DNA of 64,000 nt. Origin: Vicinamibacterales bacterium. Lineage in GTDB: Bacteria > Acidobacteriota > Vicinamibacteria > Vicinamibacterales > UBA8438. The notes under the pieces were generated by a model. It searched no databases. It was not told the DNA's origin and saw nothing but the letters and a program-made list of their open reading frames with translations. Below, piece after piece: positions 1 to 11,598 of this stretch. How positions within the stretch are numbered: the stretch's first letter is position 1; each line of letters starts with the position of its first letter. The DNA lies in the NCBI GenBank assembly GCA_965262985.1, contig OZ253576.1, positions 5,641,213 to 5,705,212 on the forward strand, given 5' to 3'. The translations under genes and the position numbers were made by a program.

Positions 1-183
1 TGGCGATGGTCACGGGTGGCGTGTGTCGGTCGTCGTCGTGGCATTCGGCACTTCGGCGACCTCGTGCTCCAGGTGCGCGGTTGCCCGAACCCGCGCCGAT
101 CGTACCGGGGATGGGCTTCGGGTCGCAACGTCGCGCGACGGTGTCAGCGCCGCGACGAGTCCGCGGCTCGGCGCTCTCCGGTC

Positions 184-217
184 AAGGTAGCCTGGCCAAT
201 CGTCCATGAGCCGACGC
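184..217 (-). pseudogene. Very short inverted integrase tail (RRLMDDWPGYL)
   Basis: The 18-bp core cggctcatggacgattgg at 515-532 recurs inverted at 196-213. Confidence 0.6.
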
Positions 218-374
218 CCGGTCCCGGAACGACGAGCGGAAGCCATACCGCGAGCCGGCCGGCGTCTGTGGCGCTATGCGGTCCCGTTCATCTCATGGGG
301 TACCGCATGGGGACCAGGGGTAGCCGCTACTTCATAACATGTTGCAACTATGTGAGTTGCGTGAGTTATGTGGC

Positions 375-550
375 GGTCGAACGGCTTCCGGTCGAGCTTC
401 CGGGACTGGGCCGCAGTGCGGAACAGGCATGCGCGCGAGGTGGTCGATGCGGCGCTGGCGCACGCGGTTCCGAACAAGGTGGAGGCCCGCTCAGAACTGT
501 TCGAGCGCCGGCGGCGGCTCATGGACGATTGGGCGGCGTACCTGGCGAAT
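375..550 (+). pseudogene. 3' fragment of a P4-like tyrosine integrase
   Basis: Translation NGFRSSFRDWAA...AREVVDAALAHAVPNKVEARSELFERRRRLMDDWAAYL matches the typical P4-integrase C-terminus. The YAR segment with the catalytic Tyr is missing and there is no N-terminus. Confidence 0.85.
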
Positions 551-681
551 GGAAGCCGGCCGGAAACGCTGCCCCGAGACGTTGCCTGAACCACCGCCGG
601 CGAACGGAACCATCGCAGCGGTGGAGTTGGCGGACTGAACACGCACGATACAATGGGCCGTTACACGTCACCAAGGAGCCG

Positions 682-1280
682 ATGAGTCACTTCTTCTATG
701 CCCGCGAGATCGCCAAGCCCAAGGACGTAATCCGGTACCTCGCCAGACAGGAGCGCCACTGGAAGAAGGGCTACTCGGCTTATGAACTCGCCCATTCCTG
801 GGTCCACGCCGACAACATTCCGGCCTCTGTTCGCTCTGTTCTGGACACCTGCCCTGACTGCGCGGGTGCTGCCCTTGTTGAGGGCCTGTTCGAGCGTGAT
901 GTAGACCTGCGGACGCGAGGGCGTCGAAGCCAGACCGACCTGCTCGCCTTCGTCAAGTTCGTCCACGGCTACGCCGTGATCGCGGTCGAGGGGAAGGTGG
1001 ACGAGTCGTTCGGTGATCTCGTTTCGACTTGGAACGACCACAGCCCTGGCAAGGAGCGTCGTCTGGCGGCTCTTTGCGCGTCTCTCGGGCTTCGCGTGGC
1101 CGACGTAGGAGGTATCCGGTACCAGCTTCTCCACCGCACGGCCTCAGCCCTCTACGAGGCTCAGAGGTATCGGACGATGCGGGCGGTGATGTTGGTGCAC
1201 TCCTTCAGCGCGACCGACGCCTCGTTCCACGACTTCCAAGCGTTCGCTAAGTCCATGGGGATACCGGTCCAAGCCGTGAA
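682..1280 (+). pseudogene. DUF6946-like (PD-(D/E)xK-type) protein, 3'-truncated by IS1595
   Basis: ATG 682 after AAGGAG. Motifs HWKKGYSAYELAHSW, SQTDLL, IAVEGKVDESFG, YQLLHRTASA, VMLVHSFS. The frame then runs into IS sequence near 1280. Confidence 0.7.
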
Positions 1281-1298
1281 TTCGAGTACTCTTCTCCT

Positions 1299-2261
1299 AT
1301 GCATACGGCCCCTGGCAAGTCGCATCGAAACGGCATCACCCTTCTTGAACTCGGTGAACTCTTCCCCGATGAGCACGCCGCCCGACAGTGGTTCGAGCAG
1401 GTCGTGTGGAACGGTGAACGGTGCTGCGGGCACTGCGGAAGCATCAGGACATCCGTCGTGCCGCGTGAGCGGCCGATGCCCTACTGGTGCTCAGAATGCC
1501 GCAGCTACTTCAGCGTCCGCACCGGCACCGCCCTCGAACGGTCCAGGGTGCCGCTGCGGAAGTGGGCGTTTGCGATCTACCTGGAACTGACCAGCCTCAA
1601 GAGCGTGTCCAGCATGAAGCTGCACCGCGATATCGGGGTCACCCAATCCACTGCGTGGTTCATGCTGCACCGCATCCGGGAAGCCTGGACGCACGCGCCG
1701 CAGACTAGGTTCTCCGGCCCGGTGGAAGTTGATGAGACCTACGTCGGCGGCAAGGAGCGAAACAAGCACGAAAGCCAGAAGCTGCACGCCGGGCGCGGCC
1801 CGGTCGGCAAGATCGCCGTCATCGGCGCGAAGGACCGCGAGACGAACCGGGTGACCGCCCGCGTCATCGCGCACACGGACGCGGTCACGCTGACCAGGTT
1901 CGTCGCCGGCCAGATCCAGCCCGGTGCAACCGTCTACACCGACGACCACGGCGGGTATTCGGCACTCGCCAATCACGGCACCGTCAAGCACTCAGTCGGC
2001 CAATACGTCAGCGGTATGGCCCACACCAACGGCATCGAGTCCTTCTGGGCAACGCTGAAACGCGCCCACAAGGGCACCTTCCACAAGCTGAGCCCGAAGC
2101 ACCTGCAACGGTACGTCAGTGAGTTTGCGGGGAAGCACAACGTGCGGGACGAGGACACGCGGGCGCAGATGGTGACGCTGGCGGCGGGGATGGTCGGGAA
2201 GCGCCTGATGTATCAGGATCTGATTGCGCCGAACGGACTGCCATCGGGCGCACGTTCGTAG
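1299..2261 (+). mobile_element. IS1595-family transposase (copy 1); element probably extends to ~2600 with cargo, ends not resolved
   Basis: N-terminal Zn-ribbon (CCGHCGS...YWCSECRSYFSVRTGT), VEVDETYVGG, VYTDD, HTNGIESFW, YVSEF: the IS1595 DDE signature. Confidence 0.92.
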
Positions 2262-2322
2262 GCCGCAACAGCGCACGGGCAAGATCCTCCGGTGTGGCGT
2301 CGCCGTAATCTGGGCGCTTCAT
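2116..2322 (-). CDS. Microprotein (KRPDYGDATPEDLARALLRP), convergent with and overlapping the transposase 3' end
   Basis: ATGA-coupled to 2319-2504. A similar TPxxLxxA motif occurs in the cargo of the second IS1595. Confidence 0.4.
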   Translation of the reverse strand: MKRPDYGDATPEDLARALLRPTNVRPMAVRSAQSDPDTSGASRPSPPPASPSAPACPRPARCASPQTH

Positions 2323-2504
2323 GCGATCCCCGCGTCAGTAAGGCGTTTCTGAATCTTCAACAGGATGTCGGTATGTGCGGCCAGAATCTGGCCGTGCTCT
2401 CCCAAGATGGATTCAATCTTGAGGAACCTTCGGTCGAAGGTCTCAAACCGCTGGTCGATGGACCCGAACCGCGCCATGATGGCATCGAACTGTGTCTGCG
2501 TCAT
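2319..2504 (-). CDS. Small coiled-coil protein (IS1595 cargo, 61 aa)
   Basis: MTQTQFDAIMARFGSIDQRFETFDRRFLKIE... has a heptad pattern. Its stop overlaps the ATG of the next ORF (2322). Confidence 0.55.
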   Translation of the reverse strand: MTQTQFDAIMARFGSIDQRFETFDRRFLKIESILGEHGQILAAHTDILLKIQKRLTDAGIA

Positions 2505-3027
2505 ATCAGAACACCCGTGGGCCAGAAGTCGTTTAGACAACAGCACCGGATTTTGCACCCGGAAACTGCATATTCGATACTCATCCGATCCATTAACTCT
2601 TTATATCATAATGGGTTACGGGTGTAAACCGCAATCATCACACACATCATGTGTTGATAATATCATTGTCGGTTGCGACCGTCAACGCCATGGTCTGTTC
2701 TCGTCATCCTAACGGGACAGCGGCAACAGTTCCGCGACCTGTTCGTTCTGCCATGCTTCGAGTTCTTCCCATGTCATGAACCAGTCGGCGCCGTGTGGCC
2801 GGACGTACGATGCCGTTGGCGTCGCCTGCACCTTTGCCCCATCAGACCAGTCGTCTGCTTCAGTACCTGGCGGGTAGAACACCAAGAACTGCGGTCTTTG
2901 TTTACCGGGGTGATTCTACGAGCGCGGAGGTAGGTGCCGAGTTCTTCCTCAACAGCCACGCGGAGGCATACTGACAGCGGCGCTGTTCTACTGACGTGGT
3001 TTCGGATCGGAACGAGCGCGCGTTGAT

Positions 3028-4303
3028 CTACGGGGGCGACCGTTGGAGCGTATCGGGAACGACGGGGCTGGGAGAGCGAAGCATCGTGATGATCAGCGGG
3101 GCGAGCTCGAGTTGACGCTGGTAGGCGGTGCGCACGACGCTGGCGAGCACCTGCCGGGTGTCGGCGCCGTGGCGGGTACGATTACCGCCACAGACTTTGC
3201 GGGTGACCACGGCGGGTCGGATGGCCTGTTCGGCGCGCCAGTTGGTGGCGTCGACCGACGGGTCCCACAGGAAGGTGAACGCGGCGGAGAATTCGCGGTC
3301 CAGATGGGCGGCGAAGCGGTCGGCGGCGTCCAGCGTCGAAGCGTTGTCGATCAGCCGACCGAGTTGGCCGAGCAGTCGGCCGCGAGCGGTTGCCAGGCCG
3401 TGGTCGCTCAGGAGCCCGGCGTCGCGGCGGTCGCGCAGCTTGAGAGCGGCCTGCAGGACGGCTTGCACCCGGGCGGCCCACGGGCTGCGCGGATGATCGG
3501 TTCGGAGTTGCCGCGCTCGCCGGATCAGGTGAGACAGACAGGTCTGGTGCAGCGCGTGGGTGAAGCGGCGATACGGCGCCCACCCGTCGCGCACGAGCAC
3601 GCCGTCGTAGTCGGCCCCGAGCACGGTGGCGGCGTCGTCGAACCCACGTCCGGGGCGAATCGCGTAGACCGTCGTCTGGGGCGTGGCGAAGACCCACAGC
3701 CAGTGGCGCATGGCGCCGACGCGCCAGCCGGTTTCATCCGGCGTGACCACGGGAGATTCCCGCACCTGCTGGCACAGTGCGGTGTAGGTCGGCGCGGCGT
3801 GGCGAGCCGTGCGATGCAGCACCTGCGCGAGGCCTCCCGGTGTGACGGTCAGGCCGAACTGGGTCCGGAGCAGGTGCGTGACCTTCGCCAGCGGCACGCC
3901 CAGGTGCGTGTGCATCCGCACGACCAGCGCGACGACTTCGGGACCCAGTTGCGCGCCGGCCGGGTCGCCCGCCGCGACCTTGGGGCCGGTCCTTGGCGAA
4001 GGGCGCGGCCTGCCGGAATCCTGCCCGCCGCGCCGCGTCAAGTTGCTGCTTGAGGTGCTCACTGCGGCGCTTCCACCGATCCCGGTCGCGCTTCCACTGA
4101 TCCCGGTCGCCCTCGACCCGCGTCAACTCCTCCCGCAGCCGTGCGATCTCTCGCTCTTGTTCCTCAATGCGGCTATCGCGGGGATCCTGTTCCGTCCGGG
4201 GACGTTGCCGTGGCACCCCACAGTTATGCCAGATCCCCTAGAAAAGTACAAGTCCGAAATATTGGATCTCGCGCATCAAGAAACCACCCCGCTAAACAAA
4301 TAC
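3028..4303 (-). mobile_element. IS66-family transposase, internally deleted and frameshifted; left end GTATTTGTTTAGCGGGG at 4303
   Basis: N-terminal coiled coil (4216) and RQAAPFAK, then a frame switch near 3952 into GAQLGPEVVAL...DETGWRVG...VLVRDGW...QTCLSHLIR...DATNWRAEQAIRPAV (IS66 DDE). The Zn-finger segment is missing and no right end is seen. Confidence 0.85.
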
Positions 4304-4577
4304 GTCCAGGGGGGCGCCGGAGGGCAGACCGAAGGACCCCGGCGCGAGATCACCGGTCGGGCCGGCTGCCTGAAAAGAGGCGGGTGGGGAGGCTGGCCGG
4401 ACCCTGTCCCCACTCAAAGCGCACCAACGATGGGGTGTCCGTTGGTATAAACCCTTATGAATGAGCGAGATAGCTCTCTATGCAAAAGAGCCGCACCCTT
4501 TTGCAGGCCATCTCGACGAAGCGTCCGCGGAGCCGTGTCACGCGGGCGACCGGGCCGCCCCGATTCTCAGGTATTGC

Positions 4578-4677
4578 GTAGGGGCGCCCCTTGTGGGCGC
4601 CCGGCTCGCTGCTCGCCGCCGCGTGGGCGCCCGCCTGATTCCCAAGGTTTGCGTAGGGGCGCCCCTTGTGGGCGCCC
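4578..4677. repeat. Two GTAG-type REP palindromes (gtaggggcgccccttgtgggcgccc)
   Basis: Identical 25-mers at 4578-4602 and 4653-4677, downstream of the stop of the minus-strand barrel gene. Confidence 0.8.
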
Positions 4678-4755
4678 GCCTCCCTCCGCCGCCGTCTTCG
4701 GCTCGTCTCCGCCGACGTCCGGCGGCACGCCTGCGGCGTGCCCCAGGCACGTCGT

Positions 4756-7001
4756 CTACCAGCGCACCGTGGCCCGCGCGAGCGCGCCCTGATCGGTGCC
4801 GCCCAGCAGCGGGCTCTCGCGGCGCTGCGCGTCGATGCCCAGCTCGAAGCTCAGGCTCTCCCGGTTCAGCATCCCGAGACCGTAGCCGAGCCGGTAGTCC
4901 CGGCCGTGCTCGGACGTGCTGAAGCCGACCCGCGGCGTGCCCACGAAGCGGCTGCCCACCGGCAGCCCGTAGCCGACCTCGCCATCGAGGCGGTTGCCCG
5001 ACGCGACGCCGCCGGGCGCCAGCCCTCCCATCGTCTGCCGGCCCCACAGCGCGTCGGCCCCGCTCGCCGCCTGACCGCCCCACGACGGCGCCACCCGCGC
5101 CACAAAGCCCAGCGGCGTCGACGGCGTCGGGTTGTAACTCAGCGACAGCGCCACGCCCCGTTCGCGGAACCCCTCGGCCTGGTGCATCACCAGCGTCCGT
5201 ACCCGCACGTCCACCGCCAGCCCGGACCCCGCATCCGACACGACGAGGCCCGCGCCGACGTCCATGCCGGCGCCGGTCTCGGCGTCGCCGCCGTCGTGCC
5301 GCAGCCCGACCTCGACGCTCGGCTTGAGCGACAGCCGGCCGGCGAGCGTGTAGGCGCGCGAGCCTTCAAGCCCCGTCCGGAAGCGGGTCACCGCCGCCTC
5401 GGTCGCCTTCAGGCGTCCCGCCGGGCCATCGACCCCGTCGATCGACGTGCCGACCCACAGCGTATCGGCCTTGAACGCCAGCGCGAAGCCGCCCGCACCG
5501 CCAGAGACCAGTTCGCCCCGCGTCCCCGCCGCCGCCATCGCCATCGACAGGCCCGACGCCAGGGCCGGACCGCCCTGCGGCGTCAGCAGCAGCCCGCCGG
5601 CGCCGTAGCCCGCCACGCCCCAGACCGTGATGCGGTCGGTCGCCTTGTAGCCCAGCCACGGGTAGAGGCCCGTCACCGACGACGCCACCTGGCCGCCGGC
5701 GACCCCGGCGTACTCGCCCAGGCCGCGGCTGTGCGACAGCGACAGGCCCGTCACCAGCGGCCCCTTCGCATAGTCGGCCCCGAACATCGTCGTGCGCACG
5801 TCGCCGCCCAGCGACAGCGCGCCCTCGCGCCCGGAGAAGCGCGACTGCGCCCCGCGGCTCCAGATGGAGAGGATGCCGCCGTGGCGGGTCTCGCGACCCA
5901 GCGCGAAGTCCGAGCCGGTCAGCACGTCACCGCCGCCGAGGCCCATCCGCAGCAGTCCGCCGCCATTGAACCCGCCGTCCAGCGGGCCGGCGGCCATGCC
6001 CATCGCACCGCGCGCGCCGCCCATCGGCATCGCGCCGCCCATCGCACCCGACGCCGCGGCCAGATGCCCGCCACCGGCAGGCCCCGGCATCCCGAGCGGC
6101 GCCGTCCCGGCCGCCGGTGCGCCGGACAACGGACCGCCGGCGCCCGCGCCCAGCGGACCCGCGCCGGCCGTCCCGCCAAGCTGGCGCAGGAAGTTGAGCG
6201 CGATGTCGCGCTCCATCCCCCGCCGCAGCTCGCGGCCCGCGAACCGGCCCCGGAACCCCGGCTCGCGCGGCGCCTGGAGCCGCTCCTCGACGTGCTCGAC
6301 CACGTGCACCGCCGCCGTCCGCCCGAACCGCGCCAGCAGCGCCCGCGGCAGCGGGTCCGAGTTCTTGATGGTCCCCGTCGCCTCGCCGTCGGTCAGCCGT
6401 CCCGACGAGGCGTTCGACAGCGTCAGCGTCAGCGTTTCCTCGCCCTCGTCGTGCGCGTCGTCGAGCACCGCCACCTCGATCGTCTGCGACGACTCGCCCG
6501 CCGCGAACGTCAGCGTGCCGCTCGCCGCCGTGTAGTCATCGCCCGCGTGCGCGCTGCCGTCCGCCGTCGCGTAGTCCACCGTCAGCGCGGCGCTCGCCGC
6601 GCGGCTCAGCGTCACCGCGAACGCCAGCACCACACCGTCGCCTTCCTCCACCCGCGCATCGGCCACCGCGATGCCCACCGGGCCGGCCACCGTCGCCGAC
6701 AGTGAATGCGACAGCGGCCGGCCGTCGCTGGTGCAGATCGCCCCGCTCTCGTCGCAGTCGGTCGTCTCCGGCAGCCGCACGGTCAGCGCCTCGTGCGAGG
6801 CCGGCGCGATGGTGATCTGCCACAGGTCGCGGCGCTTGTCGACCCGCCGCGCGGCCGTAACTTCGCCGCCCGTCACCGTGAACGACGCGTCGCGCACCGT
6901 CTTGTAGCTGATATTGATCCCGTCGCTGAACGCCACTCGGAAGCTGAACGACCCCTGCCCGGCGTGCTCGGCCGGCATGCCCTCGAAGCTCGCCGTCACC
7001 G
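4756..7001 (-). pseudogene. 5'-truncated surface protein: Ig-like domain + Calx-beta + Gly-rich linker + C-terminal autotransporter-like beta-barrel
   Basis: Recognisable coding starts at PVTASFEGMPAEHAG (~7001). Calx-beta motif TVDYATADGSAHAGDDYTAASGTLTFAAGE...LDDAHDEGEETL. Ends in W. The upstream part of the 1228-aa ORF is the antisense of the other paralog. Confidence 0.75.
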
Positions 7002-10000
7002 GATTCCCGCCGGCGCGGTGGAGAGCGGCGCCCTGACCGTGACTCGCACGGCCGGCACGACGGCTGCCGTCACCGCGGACATCGGCCCTTCCTTGCCGGC
7101 GCCGCCGCATTTCCATAAGGGCTACGAGTTGGCCAAGGACGCCGGTCTGCCCCGGGAAATCCTCCCCGTGATGATACGGGCACTCTCGGTGGCGGACGCG
7201 CGGGCGACGGAGGGCGGCGACAGCGCGCTCGTCTTCGTGGTGACGCTGGACCGGGCGGCGTCCGGGACGGTGACGGTGTCCTACGCCACGGCGGATGGGA
7301 CGGCGGCGGGAGGCGAGGACTACGAGGCCGCGTCGGGGACGCTGGCGTTCGCGGCGGGCGAGACGGAGAAGACGGTGAGCGTTCGAACCACGGATGACTC
7401 CATGAACGAGCAGGACGAAACCTTCACGCTGACGTTGTCGAGTCCGGCGAACGCGACGCTGGGTGACGCCGTGGCGACGGGCACGATCGCTGACGACGAC
7501 GAGCCACCGTTGACGGCGAGCTTCAGCGGCATGCCGGAGGCGCATGACGGGGAGAGCGCGTTCCGCTTCCGTGTCGCCTTCAGCGACGAGATCAGCATCA
7601 GCTACAAGACGATGCGCGACATGTCGTTCACGGTGACGAACGGCGACGTCTCCGGGGCGCGGCGGGTGGACGGGCGCCGCGACCTGTGGGAGATGACGGT
7701 CGCGCCCGACTCGGACCCGGACGTGACGATCACGCTGCCGGCGGGGCGCGCGTGCGCGGTCTCCGGGGCGATCTGCACCCGCGGCGAGAACTCCCGGCGG
7801 CTGAGCAACAGCCCCTCGGCGACGGTCGCCGGCCCGGCGGACGAGCCGGAGACGAACACGGCGGCGGCGGGCGCGCCGACGATCAACGGGACGCCGCAGG
7901 TCGGGGAGGCGCTGACCGCCTCGACGTCGGACATCTCCGACGCCGACGGGCTGGACGACGCGCGCTTCGCCTACCAGTGGATCCGCGCGGGCGCCGACAT
8001 CGGCGGGGCGACCGGATCGACCTACACGCCGGTGGCGGCCGACGAGGGCGAGAGGCTCACGGTCCGGGTCAGCTTCACCGACGACGCCGGCAACGACGAG
8101 CGCCTCACCAGCGCGGCGACCGATGCCGTCGCTGCGCGGCCGGAGCCGCTGACGGCGAGCTTCGAGGGCCTGCCGGCCGAACACCGCGGCCAGGGGTCGT
8201 TCAGCTTCCGCGTGGCGTTCAGCGAGGGGATCAATATCAGCTACAAGACGGTGCGCGACGCGTCGTTCACGGTGACGGGCGGCGAGGTCACCAGGGCGCG
8301 ACGGGTCGACCGCCGCCGCGACCTGTGGAAGATCACCATCGAGCCGGCCTCGCACGAGGCGCTGACCGTGCGGCTGCCGGAGACGACCGACTGCGACGCG
8401 AGCGGGGCGATCTGCACCGGCGACGGCCGGCCACTGTCGCATTCACTGTCGGCGACGGTGGCCGGCCCGGTGGGCATCGCGGTGGCCGATGCGCGGGTGG
8501 AGGAAGGCGACGGCGTGGCGCTGGCGTTCGCGGTGACGCTGAGCCGCGCGGCGAGCGCCGCGCTGACGGTGGACTACGCGACGGCGGACGGCAGCGCGCA
8601 CGCGGGCGATGACTACACGGCGGCGAGCGGGACGCTGACGTTCGCGGCAGGCGAGCGGTCGAAGACGATCGAGGTCGGGGTGCTCGACGACGCCCACGAC
8701 GAGGGCGAGGAGACGCTGACGCTGCGGCTGTCCACCCCCTCCGGGGGACGGCTGGCCGACGGCGAGGCGACCGGGACGATCGAGAACCACGATCCGATGC
8801 CGAAGGCGCTCTTGGCGCGGTTCGGGCGAACGGCGGCGGTGCACGTGGTCGAGCACGTCGAGGAGCGGCTGGCGGCGCCGCGCGAGCCGGGCTTCCGGGG
8901 CCGGTTCGCGGGCCGGGAGCTGCGGCGCGGCATGGAGCGCGACATCGCGCTCAACGTCCTGCGCCAGCTCGGCGGGGCGGCCGGCGCGGGTCCGCTGGGC
9001 GCGGGCGCCGGCGGTCCGTTGTCCGGCGCGCCGGCGGCCGGGACGGCGCCGTTCGGGATGCCGGGGCCTGCCGGCGGCGGCGGGCATCTGGCCGCGGCCG
9101 GGCCGATGGGCGGCGCGCGCGGTGCGATGGGCATGGCCGCCGGCCCGCTGGAGGGCGGGTTCAATGGCGACGGACTGCTGCGGATGGGCCTCGGCGGCGG
9201 TGACGTGCTGACCGGCTCGGACTTCGCGCTGGGTCGCGAGACCCGCCACGGCGGCATCCTCTCCATCTGGAGCCGCGGGGCGCAGTCGCGCTTCTCCGGC
9301 CGCGAGGGCGCGCTGTCGCTGGGCGGCGACGTGCGCACGACGATGTTCGGGGCCGACTATGCGAAGGGGCCGCTGGTGACGGGCCTGTCGCTGTCGCACA
9401 GCCGCGGCCTGGGCGAGTACGCCGGGGTCGCCGGCGGCCAGGTGGCCTCGTCGGTGACGGGCCTCTACCCGTGGCTCGGCTACAAGGCGACCGACCGCGT
9501 CACGGTGTGGGGCGTGGCGGGCTACGGCGTCGGCGGGCTGCTGCTGACGCCGCAGGGCGGTCCGGCCCTGGCGTCGGGCCTGTCGATGGCGATGGCGGCG
9601 GCGGGGACGCGGGGCGAGCTGATTTCTGGCGGTGCGGGCGGCTTCGCGCTGGCGTTCAAGGCCGATACGCTGTGGGTCGGGACGTCGATCGACGGGGTCG
9701 ACGGCCCGGCGGGACGCCTGAAGGCGACCGAGGCGGCGGTGACCCGCTTCCGCACGGGGCTTGAAGGCTCGCGCGCCTACACGCTCGCCGGCCGGCTGTC
9801 GCTCAAGCCGAGCGTCGAGGTCGGGCTGCGGCACGACGGCGGCGACGCCGAGACCGGCGCCGGCATGGACGTCGGCGCGGGCCTCGTCGTGTCGGATGCG
9901 GGGTCCGGGCTGGCGGTGGACGTGCGGGTACGGACGCTGGTGATGCACCAGGCCGAGGGGTTCCGCGAGCGGGGCGTGGCGCTGTCGCTGAGTTACAACC

Positions 10001-10374
10001 CGACGCCGTCGACGCCGCTGGGCCTTGTGGCGCGGGCGGCGCCGTCGTGGGGCGGTCAGGCGACGAGCGGCGCCGAGGCGCTGTGGGGCCGGCAGACGAT
10101 GGCGGGGATGGCGCCCGGCGGCGTCGCGTCGGGCAACCGCCTCGATGGCGAGGTCGGCTACGGGCTGCCGGTGGGCAGCCGCTTCGTGGGGACGCCGCGG
10201 GTCGGCTTCAGCACGTCGGAGTACGGCCGGGACTACCGGGTCGGCTACGGCCTGGGCGTGCTGAACCGGGAGAGCCTGAACTTCGAGCTGGGCGTGGACG
10301 CGCAGCGCCGGGAAAGCCCCCTGCCGGGCGGCACGGATCACGGCGCGCTCGCACGGGCCACGCTGGGCTGGTAG
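7002..10374 (+). pseudogene. 5'-truncated surface protein: 2 Calx-beta, 2 related Ig-like domains, 1 Ig/cadherin-like domain, C-terminal beta-barrel
   Basis: Sense-like coding begins at IPAGAVESGALTVTRT (~7002). Two Calx-beta motifs are present, the barrel ends in W at 10374, and there is no signal peptide or native start. Confidence 0.75.
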
Positions 10375-10440
10375 CGGCGCGCCACGCGCTTCTTTCACGC
10401 GGAGGCGTTACCCGCCTGGCGCAAGCGCACCCATCTGCCG

Positions 10441-10677
10441 CAGGTACCCGCGGCGGTGGACGAGGCGAGCCTCGAGGCCCTGGCCGCCGGCCTCCGCACG
10501 TACTCCCGCTGCACCGAGGGCCGGGGCACGCACTGCGTCGTGGAACCGATCCGTCGGGGCGCATTGGACTACTTCTTCGCCTACCCCGAGGACTACGCGC
10601 AACAGCTTGTCGAATGGGTGGACGGCCAGTTCGGCCAGCGGCCGCACCACCCGGCCTTCGAGGTCATCTACGGGTGA
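10441..10677 (+). pseudogene. Fragment of a hypothetical protein (HCVVEPIRRGALDYFFAYPEDYAQ...HPAFEVIY)
   Basis: Protein-like composition with abrupt ends. No family assigned. Confidence 0.35.
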
Positions 10678-10704
10678 GGATTGCATTCCCGCGTGATCGG
10701 ACCT

Positions 10705-10968
10705 CTATTCGGCAGGCTGATCCGGCTTGACGGCGAGTTCGACGGCGCGCAGGCGGTCGTCGACGCGACGGATCTCCGTGCGGATCTCGGCGTGCTCAGC
10801 GGTCGTGCGGGCGATCAGGTCGTCGATACGGGTGTTCACCGCGCCAACTTGTGCTGACACGCTGGCGAGTTGCGCTGACATGAGCCCTGCCAGCACCAAG
10901 CCGGTTCCAATGACCGTGCCGATGATGCCGATACCGGTTCCGACGACCCACTTCACGTCCCCGCTCAC
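10705..10968 (-). CDS. Small protein with an N-terminal TM helix and a C-terminal coiled coil
   Basis: GTG 10968; hydrophobic WVVGTGIGIIGTVIGTGLVLAGL, then heptads RIDDL...EIRRVDDRLRAVE. Confidence 0.6.
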   Translation of the reverse strand: MSGDVKWVVGTGIGIIGTVIGTGLVLAGLMSAQLASVSAQVGAVNTRIDDLIARTTAEHAEIRTEIRRVDDRLRAVELAVKPDQPAE

Positions 10969-11351
10969 ATCCGCAGTGTAGCACGGGGGACTGGGCGCAG
11001 GACCTCCTACGGCGGCGCGGGCTGTTTTCGATCCCCTTTCGTTCACAGACAGTGATACTGGTCCGACCGAATGCGATTCTGAACGAGGGATTCAACGAGG
11101 GGAACCTGCGCCAGTGATACGGTAAGATACTTGTATGCAATAGTTTACGAGAACGTGACATCGGAAGCCCTGGAAGCCCGAGAGCTGGTCGGAGCAGCGC
11201 AACCGGTGGCTAAATCCGCCCGAATCGGTCGAGTGGGTGGACGAACCGGTCCCCGCTATCCGAAGCGGCCGATACCCCGCGACGAGGACGCGGCGCACCC
11301 GCCAGCAGGTTTGTGGCGCGGCTCTTCCAGTGAGCCGATGCACAGTGCGGT

Positions 11352-11530
11352 CGACTTCAGTTTCTCCTCGACGAACCTGAGCATCGACGCGGGATTCAGC
11401 AACGGCTTCGTTTCCTGGTAGAGGAAGCTCTTGTTGGCCGAGCCGCCTCCTTTGGCGATGAACAGCAACTCGTACTCGTCGCCCGGCTCGGCGTAGATCT
11501 CGATCTGCGCCGGCAGGTTGGAGCCGGTGC
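11352..11530 (-). pseudogene. fumA: Internal fragment of class I fumarate hydratase
   Basis: [46 protein letters not shown] matches the conserved FumA segment (TNLPAQI...[18 protein letters not shown]). Confidence 0.85.
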
Positions 11531-11598
11531 TCCAGCGGATCGCCGCACTGCGGCGGCTGGGCACGCCGGTGGCCCAGCCTGCTCGCTGAGGCGCTCCG

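Larger units (their letters stand above)
4756..10374. repeat. ~2.2 kb imperfect inverted repeat (arms ~4756-7001 and ~8146-10374)
   Basis: The two translations are near-identical from TASFEG to the C-terminus, with scattered substitutions and a small linker indel. Homology stops at the stop codons. Confidence 0.9.

Noticed and set aside
1270-2600. tgcata...tactc segments as TIRs of the first IS1595
   Set aside because: The spacing differs between the two ends and there is no target duplication, so it is not supportable.
6706-8442. N-terminal parts of the 1222-aa (+) and 1228-aa (-) ORFs as true overlapping genes
   Set aside because: Each extension is the stop-free antisense of the other paralog. 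Recognisable domains begin only at ~7001/7002.
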